A stretch of 64,000 nucleotides of DNA. It comes from Candidatus Falkowbacteria bacterium RIFOXYA2_FULL_47_19 (lineage in GTDB: Bacteria > Patescibacteriota > Patescibacteriia > Patescibacteriales > UBA12075). The stretch covers positions 10,693-74,692 of the forward strand of contig MFGB01000013.1 in assembly GCA_001780275.1 (NCBI GenBank), read 5' to 3'. A model generated the notes under the pieces. It made no database searches. It was not told where the DNA came from and saw only the letters and a program-made list of their open reading frames with translations. This document shows, piece after piece, positions 35,846 through 43,955 of this stretch. Position numbers and translations under genes: made by a program. Position 1 is the first letter of the stretch. Every line of letters starts with the position of its first letter.

Positions 35846-36316
35846 GGATTGCCGATTGACGATTTTCGATTGGCGATTGACGACATAAACAGAGGTTTTA
35901 TTTATGAATCAGGAAATACTAAAAAAAAGATTCAAGGATTTCGCCTTACGGATCATGAAATTAGTACGAGCATTACCGAAAACGATTGAAGGCAAAGCTG
36001 TTGGTAACCAGATATTCCGTTCCGGAACGTCCTCTGCGGCCAATTATCGCGCCGCTTGCCGCGCCAGATCAAAAAAAGATTTTATCGCTAAATTAGGCAT
36101 AGTTGAAGAAGAGTTAGATGAAACTATGTTTTGGCTGGAAATGATTATGGAAAGTAATATGATGAAGCGCCAGCTTTTAACCCCGCTTTTTGACGAAGCT
36201 AATGAATTGCTGTCCATTACTATTAAGTCAAAAGTTACGGCCAGAAAGAATAATCAAAAATAAATACGAAATAAGATTGCATCAATCGGCAATCGAAAAT
36301 CGTCAATCGGCAATCC
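35846..36316 (+). mobile_element. IVS-like cassette: ~38-bp inverted repeats enclosing a four-helix-bundle gene
   Basis: IR-L is ggattgccgattgacgattttcgattggcgattgacgac (35846-35884). IR-R is gcatcaatcggcaatcgaaaatcgtcaatcggcaatcc (36279-36316). The cassette starts 1 nt after the upstream stop and ends 1 nt before the downstream ATG. Confidence 0.6.
35904..36263 (+). CDS. Four-helix-bundle protein (family formerly called '23S rRNA intervening sequence protein')
   Basis: 119 aa with FKDFALRIMKLVRALPKT..., ...GNQIFRSGTSSAANYRAACRARSKKDFIAKLGIVEEELDETMFWLE, the typical signature of this family. Confidence 0.85.
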   Translation: MNQEILKKRFKDFALRIMKLVRALPKTIEGKAVGNQIFRSGTSSAANYRAACRARSKKDFIAKLGIVEEELDETMFWLEMIMESNMMKRQLLTPLFDEANELLSITIKSKVTARKNNQK

Positions 36317-37639
36317 ATGGAACCTATTATAAAATTAAAAGACCTGGAAATTACCTATAATTTAGGGAAGGTCAACGAATATAAAGCCACCAAAGGGATG
36401 AATATGGAAATTTATCCGGGGGAATTCGTGGCTTTTTTCGGTCCGTCCGGCTGCGGCAAATCGACCGTTTTTTACAGTATTTTAGGAATTCTTGAGCCTT
36501 CCGACGGCCAGCTTTTAGTTAAAGGCCAGAATCCGTATTCATATTCACCGGAAGAGATGGTCCGGTTCCAGACCAAGACGATCGGTATAATATACCAGGC
36601 CTTTTATCTTATTAATTCGATCTCGGTCATCGATAACGTCGTTTTGCCGCAGATCTTCCACGGGGTTAATCCGCGCCGGCGGGAGGCCTGGGCCAGGCAG
36701 CTTTTAAAGCGTTTCGGCATGGAGGGTCAGGGAGAAAAATACCCCGATAACCTGTCCGGCGGCCAATCACAGAGAGTTTCCGTCGCCCGATCGATGGTTA
36801 ATAATCCCGATATTCTTTTGGCGGATGAGCCTACCGGCAACCTGGACAGCGTTTCCACGAAACAGGTAATGACCTCTTTGGATGAGATCAATTCCGTGGA
36901 TAAGAAAACGGTAATTATGATCACCCACAACGCCGCCCAATTAGCTTACTGTCACCGAGTGTTTTATATGAAGGACGGGCTCCTGGAACGGGTCGTGCCT
37001 AATCCTGATAAGAAGCAGATCGCTAAAATTGACAAGCAGAAGATATTGGTAACGGAAATGGACCAGTTGTCAAAGATATTCCCTTATAATTCGCCGACCG
37101 AACTTAAGGTAAAAAGCCTGGTCAACTACATGACCCAGGACCTTAATTTTCACCAGTTGCAAAGATTGGAAGAGCTCGTTAAATACGTGGTAGAAAGGAA
37201 AATGGACAAGAAGGAATTCCACCGTATCTTAAAACGGAATTATCCTGACGGAGGCATCGGTGTTTCGGAGGCGTTAGCCGAAACGATGGCCGACAAAGTC
37301 GATAAAGTGATCCGGCAGTCGGAGGATGCGCGCCGTTTTCGGCGCCGATTCCTGTCCAATAATTTTTTCGCCGAGGAACCGGAATTGATCTCGAGACTTA
37401 CCAGATATATAGCAGAAGAGAACGAAGGGGAATTGGCGTTCGTGCAGAAAAAAAGGCTTAAGGAGCTTGTTTATAACCGGATCTCCGGTTTGATCTCCCG
37501 GGAAGAATTCAAACTTACCTTGCGCCGCTCCCTGGACGAGGGAGGGGTGGGAATAAGCAAAAACGCTTCCCGCAAACTGACGAATCATTTCGAGAAAATA
37601 CTTATCCAGGGAAGCGAAGACCCGGGACACGGACATTAA
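36317..37639 (+). CDS. ABC transporter ATP-binding protein (MacB/LolD-like) with a ~210-aa C-terminal extension containing a tandem duplication
   Basis: Walker A GPSGCGKST, signature LSGGQSQRVSVARS and Walker B LLADEPTGNLD. The extension repeats are ...QLQRLEELVKYVVERKMDKKEFHRILKRNYPDGGIGVSEALAETMADKVDKVIRQSED and ...QKKRLKELVYNRISGLISREEFKLTLRRSLDEGGVGISKNASRKLTNHFEKILIQGSED. Confidence 0.9.
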   Translation: MEPIIKLKDLEITYNLGKVNEYKATKGMNMEIYPGEFVAFFGPSGCGKSTVFYSILGILEPSDGQLLVKGQNPYSYSPEEMVRFQTKTIGIIYQAFYLINSISVIDNVVLPQIFHGVNPRRREAWARQLLKRFGMEGQGEKYPDNLSGGQSQRVSVARSMVNNPDILLADEPTGNLDSVSTKQVMTSLDEINSVDKKTVIMITHNAAQLAYCHRVFYMKDGLLERVVPNPDKKQIAKIDKQKILVTEMDQLSKIFPYNSPTELKVKSLVNYMTQDLNFHQLQRLEELVKYVVERKMDKKEFHRILKRNYPDGGIGVSEALAETMADKVDKVIRQSEDARRFRRRFLSNNFFAEEPELISRLTRYIAEENEGELAFVQKKRLKELVYNRISGLISREEFKLTLRRSLDEGGVGISKNASRKLTNHFEKILIQGSEDPGHGH

Positions 37640-37643
37640 TTCA

Positions 37644-37706
37644 GGGCGTTAGGGTTATAGGCGTTAGGACGTTAGCTAACGCCTAAAGCCTAAAGCCTAA
37701 AAGCTA
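37644..37706. repeat. Intercistronic hairpin, 'TTAGG/CCTAA' family
   Basis: gggcgttagggttataggcgttaggacgttagc | gctaacgcctaaagcctaaagcctaaaagc. It fills the gap from the ATPase stop (37639) to the permease ATG (37712). Confidence 0.85.
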
Positions 37707-37711
37707 ATCAT

Positions 37712-38908
37712 ATGATGCGAATTCAAGATACTCTTAAATTAGCGACCCGCATGTTTCGGACAAGGCCCGCCCGGACCTGGCTTACGATCGCCGGTATCGG
37801 CGTCGGCATCGCGGCGGTTGTTATTCTGGTAGGTTTGGGTTACGGTCTTCAGGGGCTACTCCTCGAAAAGATCGTTTTCGGGGAAGCGATGCTTAGTTTG
37901 AACGTGATAACGCCGCCTTCCCGCATTATAGTGATCAATAAAGACGAATTGGATAAATTTCAGCAACTCGAAAACGTTGAAGACGTATCCGCTTTGGCCA
38001 GTTTTACATCGCTTATTACCCAGGGCAATCTGACCAGTTCGATAATCTTAAACGGGGTCGAGACCGATTATTTCCGTTATGCCGGTGTTATTACTCAGGA
38101 GGGCGAATTATTCGACGAAGGGGAAAAGGATTACGCGGTGCTGTCGTCAGCGGTACTGAAATTATTCGAAATGGAAGCGGCCGACGTGATCGGCAAAACC
38201 ATAAGTTTTAAAGTTTTCGTGCCATCGCTGGAGAACAGCGATATTCAGGAAATACCGATAAATAAAGAGTTCAAGGTCAAGGGCGTAATAGAAGACGAGG
38301 CTTCGCTCTTCGCTTACATACCCTTATCCGAGTTTTCTTCCCGTTTCGCCATTCCTTATTATGAAAAAGCCAGGGTCAAAGTAACCGGCAGGGAATTCCT
38401 GGACTCGGTGGAAGCGAAGATTCTTGAATCGGGATTCGTGGTAACCGCATTATCTAAAACCGTAGATCAGGCGAATAAGATCTTCCGCGGCGTCCAGGTA
38501 ACCCTCGCGCTTTTCGGCGGCATCGCTTTGATCGTATCCGCTATCGGCATGTTCAATACGATGACGGTAACTTTGCTCGAACGCACCAAAGAGATAGGCA
38601 TTATGCGCACGATCGGCGGTTCGCCTTTATCGATCAAGGTCATGTTTTTAACCGAATCGGTTTTGATGGGATTTTTAGGAGGAATGGTGGGGATCGGTAT
38701 CGGCGTGGGCGGAGGACTATCCATTAATTTTTTGCTTAACTCAATCGCCACCAGGCTGGGCGGAACCTCTATGTCCCTTTTCCGTTTTCCGATGGGATTT
38801 TTGCTTTTTATCGCTGTTTTCTCCGCGATCATGGGTTATATTACGGGACTTTTTCCCTCAAAAAGAGCCGGTTCGCTTAATCCGCTGGATGCGATTAGAT
38901 ATAGTTAG
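37712..38908 (+). CDS. ABC transporter permease, MacB/FtsX family
   Basis: 398 aa: N-terminal TM segment, ~230-aa extracytoplasmic domain, then three C-terminal TM segments with the FtsX-type motif (LERTKEIGIMRTIGGS). Confidence 0.9.
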   Translation: MMRIQDTLKLATRMFRTRPARTWLTIAGIGVGIAAVVILVGLGYGLQGLLLEKIVFGEAMLSLNVITPPSRIIVINKDELDKFQQLENVEDVSALASFTSLITQGNLTSSIILNGVETDYFRYAGVITQEGELFDEGEKDYAVLSSAVLKLFEMEAADVIGKTISFKVFVPSLENSDIQEIPINKEFKVKGVIEDEASLFAYIPLSEFSSRFAIPYYEKARVKVTGREFLDSVEAKILESGFVVTALSKTVDQANKIFRGVQVTLALFGGIALIVSAIGMFNTMTVTLLERTKEIGIMRTIGGSPLSIKVMFLTESVLMGFLGGMVGIGIGVGGGLSINFLLNSIATRLGGTSMSLFRFPMGFLLFIAVFSAIMGYITGLFPSKRAGSLNPLDAIRYS

Positions 38909-38922
38909 TTGATGACAAAATA

Positions 38923-39056
38923 TTGGATATTAGATATTGGATATTGTGATACAGTAAGAAAGCGCACAGCACAGTAGAAATGTTAATTCGATATACATCA
39001 AGCATAATTGGCGGAATTTAAGATTGTAGCATAATATCTAATATCCAATATCTAAT
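38923..39056. repeat. Low-complexity hairpin element, 'GGATATT' family, copy 2
   Basis: The left arm is identical over 32 nt to 8709-8740. The right arm is gtagcataatatctaatatccaatatctaat. Confidence 0.8.
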
Positions 39057-39207
39057 TAATTTTAATTTATCCACAGCCCATATAGTAAATAAATATTTTT
39101 TAAATAAACAAATACAGTTTTTAAGGATAATATTTATAAAATTATCTAATATTAAACAATTCTATCATTTTAATATAATTTCGGCGATTTGTTTTTTTTC
39201 CGGAAAA

Positions 39208-39218
39208 TGTGGTATAAT
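39208..39218 (+). promoter_or_regulatory. Candidate extended -10 promoter (TGTGGTATAAT)
   Basis: aaaatgtggTATAATaatacc, 55 nt upstream of ATG 39274. Confidence 0.5.
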
Positions 39219-39273
39219 AATACCAGCAGATTGTTGATGTTAATCGGCAATCAATATAATTAAAAAGATCCCC

Positions 39274-41073
39274 ATGAGTAAAATAATAAAACATCATATC
39301 AAGAGATCATTGCCGTTATTTTTAATTTTTTCTCTGATCATAAGTTCGACGGTTTTTGGTCTCGTTTTTAATTTTGATTTTAGCGGTTTTTACAAATCGA
39401 CCGATAATTCAACTTTCCGGCCGGAAGCGCAGGCCGCCGGCTCGGCCACGACCACCGTTGAAGTATTAAACGCTCCGCCGGCTTATGTAGTCAACGGCGA
39501 ACCGAAAGAAGTTCCGGCCTCGACCTCTACCTCTCCGGTCAACGTCGGTGACGCGATCGGATTCGCGGCGACCGCCAGCGACCCGGAAAATAACCAGTAT
39601 CGCCTGTTGATTTGTTCCGCCGGCGGTACGGCTCAGCCTGACGCGGCCAATCCGCAATGTCCGGTCGGCGCGACGCAGTTTTGCCGCTCCAACGCAACCA
39701 ATTCCGGATCGGAAGCGACCTGCACCTATAACGTAGTCGATCCGATTCCTACGGCCGAAACCGATGAGTGGTACGCTTTCGTCTGCGATACTCATGCCAG
39801 TCAGGCTTACTGCTCGGAAACCGCCAGTCAGGGCGCGGCACCGGGTAATTACGCGTCTTCCTCTCCGTTTTACATAAACCATGCGCCGTTTTTTACCGGG
39901 TTAATAACTTCGGATAACTATAAAGATCCGGGCGGAACTTTCACGGTCCGCGCCACTACTACCGATCTTGACGCTTTAGGCGGAGCTGACGGCGCTTATC
40001 TTTATGTCTGTTCTTCCAACAGCTTCTCCACCACTACCGGTTGCGGAGCCGAGACATGGTGCACTGGCGCGGCTACCTCTTCGACTTACATCGAATGTTC
40101 GTTCGCTTCGAGTACAGCCCCCCTTAACTGGGTAACGCCGGACGGAACCTTTAATTATTGGGGATTTGTCATGGATAGCCATTATTTTGAAGCGACTTCG
40201 ACCCCTCTGACCAGCAGTTATACGGTTAATAATGTAGCGCCGACGGTCTCCAGCGTATCATTGAACGATGATGCTCTTATTACACTTTCATTAAAAGATG
40301 CCGCGGAAGTGGAGGTAACCGCCTCCGGCACTATTGCGGACTTGAACGGCTGCTGGGATATTACTTCTGCGACCGCTACGATCTATTGGTCGGGTATCGG
40401 CACGACATCGATCGGTTGCGCGGCCGATGACGATAACTGCTACCCCATAGGTACGACAGCCTGCACTTATAACGGCGGCTGCAGCGGCATGGATGATACC
40501 AGTTGGTATGTATGCACCACTACTTTAGCCTTCCACGCCATTCCCTCTACTTCGGACAATTCTAACCCTTACGGCTGGACCGTCTGGATGGCCGGACTGG
40601 CTGGTTTCGATGAGAGCGCTTTCGGTTATAATACGAACGATGCCGGTTCTGCGCCGGACGTCGATCAGTCGGAAGGTTTGGACGTACAGGAACCGGAAAT
40701 CCAATACGGTCAGATTCGGGGTGGACAGAATACGGGCTGGGATAATGCCACGACCACGGTCGAGAATTTCGGCAACGTGCCGATGGATACGAATTTAGTT
40801 TTAGATGATATGGTTAAGACGGATTTATTAGATTATATTGAGGCTATTAACCAGGAATTCGGTACCACCACCTTCGCTTACGGAGCCGGCACTTATTCTA
40901 TTGCATCGACCAGCGATCAGGATGTATTTGTGGATATAATAAAGCCTACTACTGGCAATCTGGATATTATGGACGAGATATACTGGGGAATCGGTATACC
41001 GGGCGGTACCACTTCAGGTAATTACGAAGGTAGAAACTATTTTTCCGTGGTAGTTGATCCGACTCAGTGGTAA
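39274..41073 (+). CDS. Secreted/anchored protein paralogous to the C-terminal ~520 aa of the giant protein
   Basis: N-terminal signal anchor. Residues from ~39469 align with giant-gene 32455-34014, sharing SPF[IY]IN..P.FT, DPGGTF, YTVNN.APT, DLNGC, DD.NCY, TTTVEN.GN.P.D and YWGIGIP. Confidence 0.8.
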   Translation: MSKIIKHHIKRSLPLFLIFSLIISSTVFGLVFNFDFSGFYKSTDNSTFRPEAQAAGSATTTVEVLNAPPAYVVNGEPKEVPASTSTSPVNVGDAIGFAATASDPENNQYRLLICSAGGTAQPDAANPQCPVGATQFCRSNATNSGSEATCTYNVVDPIPTAETDEWYAFVCDTHASQAYCSETASQGAAPGNYASSSPFYINHAPFFTGLITSDNYKDPGGTFTVRATTTDLDALGGADGAYLYVCSSNSFSTTTGCGAETWCTGAATSSTYIECSFASSTAPLNWVTPDGTFNYWGFVMDSHYFEATSTPLTSSYTVNNVAPTVSSVSLNDDALITLSLKDAAEVEVTASGTIADLNGCWDITSATATIYWSGIGTTSIGCAADDDNCYPIGTTACTYNGGCSGMDDTSWYVCTTTLAFHAIPSTSDNSNPYGWTVWMAGLAGFDESAFGYNTNDAGSAPDVDQSEGLDVQEPEIQYGQIRGGQNTGWDNATTTVENFGNVPMDTNLVLDDMVKTDLLDYIEAINQEFGTTTFAYGAGTYSIASTSDQDVFVDIIKPTTGNLDIMDEIYWGIGIPGGTTSGNYEGRNYFSVVVDPTQW

Positions 41074-41093
41074 AAAATAAAAATATTTATCTA

Positions 41094-41129
41094 AAAGCAT
41101 CCCAAAAGTTTAGAAGGGGTGCTTTTTTT
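41094..41129 (+). terminator. Rho-independent terminator
   Basis: agcatccc...ggggtgct stem (one G-U pair) followed by T7. Confidence 0.75.
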
Positions 41130-41366
41130 ATTCGGATGATACAAAATTAGATTTGCTGTCTTGACTTGAAATTTACTTGAAAATATTGTATACTTAAAGT
41201 ATATCTGGTAATCTATCCACAAAACAATCACAGATATTTTTTGTGTTAAAAAAGAGTAATATTAAGATAATTGTTAAATAAAGGATAAATTAATTAAATT
41301 ATTGCTTTTAAAGAAAAACTAAAATCATTAATTTTAGTGTTTTTAGTATAAAAACAAGGCAAAATT

Positions 41367-42524
41367 GTGAGAAGAGCCGGTATAGTCAGCCTTATTTTAT
41401 TCTTGTTTATGGCCTGGACAACCCCTGTCCTGGCTGGTTTTGGTATTTCCCCTCCTAATGTCCGTACCAGCAAACCGGTATTCGCCGGTTCTCATTTCGA
41501 ACAGAAGATCACTCTCCTGCGTTCCTCCGCGGAAGAGGTTTTAACCGCAAAGATCGCGGTTAACGCGCCGGAGATCGAGGATTGGATCAAGATCGACCAG
41601 GGGTTCGAATTCGACCTTCCCAAGGGCAATACCCGCGTGCCCATGATCGTTATCGTGGACATACCCAAAGACGCCGAGATCGGCGAATATAAAGGCTATA
41701 TGAACGTTAAGGTTGTACCTAAGGAAAGTACCGGCGGCGGCGGCGTAGCTATCGCTTTGGGCGCGCGGATCGAGATCGATATTACCGTGACCGATGAACC
41801 GTTTCTGGAATTTCTGGTCCGTAAGGTGGAGATCCCGGATTTCAAAACATTGGGAAAACCCTGGAGTTGGAAAATATTCGCGCGACTTTTCGATCGGCTA
41901 TTTTATCACATAAACGTGCCGATGAAGATCGAAAATACGGGCAATATCAAAGTGGCGCCGACCAAGGTTGTCTTGGACGTTTATGACCGGCTAGAGAAAG
42001 AGATGATCGAAACCTATACGGACGAGTCCATAAAAAAGGTCCCGCCCTTTTCTACCGAAACCGTTAGCGCGTCCTTTGCCACGAAGCTGCCTCCCGGCGG
42101 CTACTGGGGGCAGGTAAAGATATATAAGGACAACGAGATCATCCGCAAGGACAAGCTTTTATTCCAGATCGCTCCTTACGCGGGCGAGGGCTGGGATACC
42201 GGTCCCGGCGCCTGGGCCTGGGTAACGCTGGGAACGATCGTTTTAATATTGCTGATCATTGTTTTCGTGTTGATAAAAATTAAAATTTGGCGAAATTTAT
42301 TCAGGATATTGTTTATTTTATCCTGGCCGGCGCGATTCGTCTGGCTGAAAATAAAACAAGCCGCCGCCGCCCTGAAGCTTAAATTCTGGCAGTGGATGCA
42401 TAAAAAGTCGGCCCAGTACCAGGGTGTCGATATCCAAACACCGGCAGAAAACCCAAAAACCACCGCTGTCGCTCCCAGGTCAAAACGACGGCAGGATGTC
42501 GTTAATTTAAAAGATGACAAATAG
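41367..42524 (+). CDS. Surface protein with signal peptide, beta-rich ectodomain, C-terminal TM and a basic tail
   Basis: GTG start. Signal MRRAGIVSLILFLFMAWTTPVLA, C-terminal TM WVTLGTIVLILLIIVFVLI. No enzymatic motif recognised. Confidence 0.7.
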   Translation: MRRAGIVSLILFLFMAWTTPVLAGFGISPPNVRTSKPVFAGSHFEQKITLLRSSAEEVLTAKIAVNAPEIEDWIKIDQGFEFDLPKGNTRVPMIVIVDIPKDAEIGEYKGYMNVKVVPKESTGGGGVAIALGARIEIDITVTDEPFLEFLVRKVEIPDFKTLGKPWSWKIFARLFDRLFYHINVPMKIENTGNIKVAPTKVVLDVYDRLEKEMIETYTDESIKKVPPFSTETVSASFATKLPPGGYWGQVKIYKDNEIIRKDKLLFQIAPYAGEGWDTGPGAWAWVTLGTIVLILLIIVFVLIKIKIWRNLFRILFILSWPARFVWLKIKQAAAALKLKFWQWMHKKSAQYQGVDIQTPAENPKTTAVAPRSKRRQDVVNLKDDK

Positions 42525-42590
42525 CTTTTAGGTTTTAGCTTATAGCTTTTAGGCTCAACTAACAGCTATAAGCTAACAGCTATAAGCTCA
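42524..42590. repeat. Intercistronic hairpin (AGCTTATAGCT/AGCTATAAGCT words)
   Basis: gcttttaggttttagcttatagcttttaggc ... aacagctataagctaacagctataagc. Confidence 0.75.
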
Positions 42591-42597
42591 AATCTAA

Positions 42598-43866
42598 ATG
42601 TCCCCATGCTTGTTCAAATCAGTTATTTTTATATTTTTTGCCATGGCGATTTTCTCGCCGGGTTTTTTGTTGCCTGAAAAAGTGTCCGCTGCCGGTTCTT
42701 TGCCCACCTATATTGAAGTGCAGCTGTCTTGCGGCGATGGTTACGCCGAGATCATGAGCGGGGAAGCCTGCGATCCGGGCACGCCGCCCGATATTCCGGA
42801 AGACCTGGGAACGACTACCTGCGCCAGTTTTAACGACGTTTTCGGAAATCCGTTCGTAAGCGGAAATCTTGATTGCCTGTCGGATTGTACCGCTTTCGAT
42901 TCCGACATGTGCTATTCTTGCGGCAACGGAGCGAAGGAGGTGGCGGAAGAATGCGATGGCTCTGATTTCGCGGGAAAAACCTGCATTACCCTGGGATATC
43001 AGAGCGGAGCTCTGGTTTGCAGTCTTGATTGCCGGGTAAGCACCGCCGGCTGCGTGCCAATGGAAACGCAGCCCGGAACCCCCGGCGGCGGCAGCCACGG
43101 CGGCGGTTCCGGCAGTGCTTCGGGTTTTCTCCCCGGTTCTAATACGGAGTCGGTCACTAAGGTCATAGCGCAGGGCAAATCATATCCGCATGCCGACGTG
43201 CACATACTGGTCGACGGAGTGGTTACCGGAATCGTAAAGACCGACGCTTTGGCTAATTTTTATTTTGAAACCGTTGACATAAAGCCCGGAGTCGCCGGTT
43301 TCGGATTCTGGTCGACCGACTTAAACGGCCTTAAGTCGACGCTTCTTACCTTGACCTTCCGCGTCATCTCCGGGGCCGTAACCACTATTTCCGGCGTTTA
43401 TATCGCTCCGACCATCGATATCGACAAACAGTCGGTAAGACAGGGCGAGCCCATAAAAATATTCGGCCAGACAGTTCCCTCGACCGAAGTGCATGTTCAT
43501 ATCAATTCGGAAAAGGAATTCATAGAAAAAATAAGCAGCGCGGAAACCGGCAGCTGGGAATTATCTTTCGATACGGCGCCCCTGGAAGAGGATCTGCATA
43601 CCGCCAAAGCCTTATTCCAGGTAGCGACGGAAGGGAATATCGTGAACAGCGGTTTTTCCCGGTCGGTCAGCTTCTATGTCGGTAAGACCGGCGGCGAAGT
43701 ACCTTGTCCGGAAGCCGATCTAAATCATGACGGCCGGGTGAATCTGACCGACTTTTCCATTCTTTTATATTGGTGGGGAACCGATAACGCTTGCGCCGAC
43801 CAAAACCAGAACGGCGTTGTCGATCTGGTGGATTTCAGTATCATGATGTATTATTGGACCGGTTAG
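42598..43866 (+). CDS. Secreted protein with Cys-rich CG(D/N)G...EECD repeats and a C-terminal type-I-like dockerin
   Basis: Signal peptide, then two Cys-rich repeats (CGDGYAEIMSGEACD / CGNGAKEVAEECDGSD). The C-terminus DLNHDGRVNLTDFSILLYWWG...DQNQNGVVDLVDFSIMMYYW contains two Ca-binding dockerin segments. Confidence 0.75.
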   Translation: MSPCLFKSVIFIFFAMAIFSPGFLLPEKVSAAGSLPTYIEVQLSCGDGYAEIMSGEACDPGTPPDIPEDLGTTTCASFNDVFGNPFVSGNLDCLSDCTAFDSDMCYSCGNGAKEVAEECDGSDFAGKTCITLGYQSGALVCSLDCRVSTAGCVPMETQPGTPGGGSHGGGSGSASGFLPGSNTESVTKVIAQGKSYPHADVHILVDGVVTGIVKTDALANFYFETVDIKPGVAGFGFWSTDLNGLKSTLLTLTFRVISGAVTTISGVYIAPTIDIDKQSVRQGEPIKIFGQTVPSTEVHVHINSEKEFIEKISSAETGSWELSFDTAPLEEDLHTAKALFQVATEGNIVNSGFSRSVSFYVGKTGGEVPCPEADLNHDGRVNLTDFSILLYWWGTDNACADQNQNGVVDLVDFSIMMYYWTG

Positions 43867-43945
43867 GCTTTAGCTTTTAGGCACTAGGCTTTAGCATTCA
43901 CGTCTAACAACCTCAATCCTAAAGCCTAACGCCTAAAGCCTAAAA
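43867..43945. repeat. Intercistronic hairpin, 'TTAGG/CCTAA' family
   Basis: gctttagcttttaggcactaggctttagc ... cctaaagcctaacgcctaaagcctaaaa. Confidence 0.8.
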
Positions 43946-43955
43946 AACTAAATTT

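Noticed and set aside
5869-43945. Recurrent intergenic repeats as a possible CRISPR array.
   Set aside because: There is no series of identical direct repeats with regular unique spacers, and no cas genes. The repeats are inverted low-complexity arms located one per intergenic gap.
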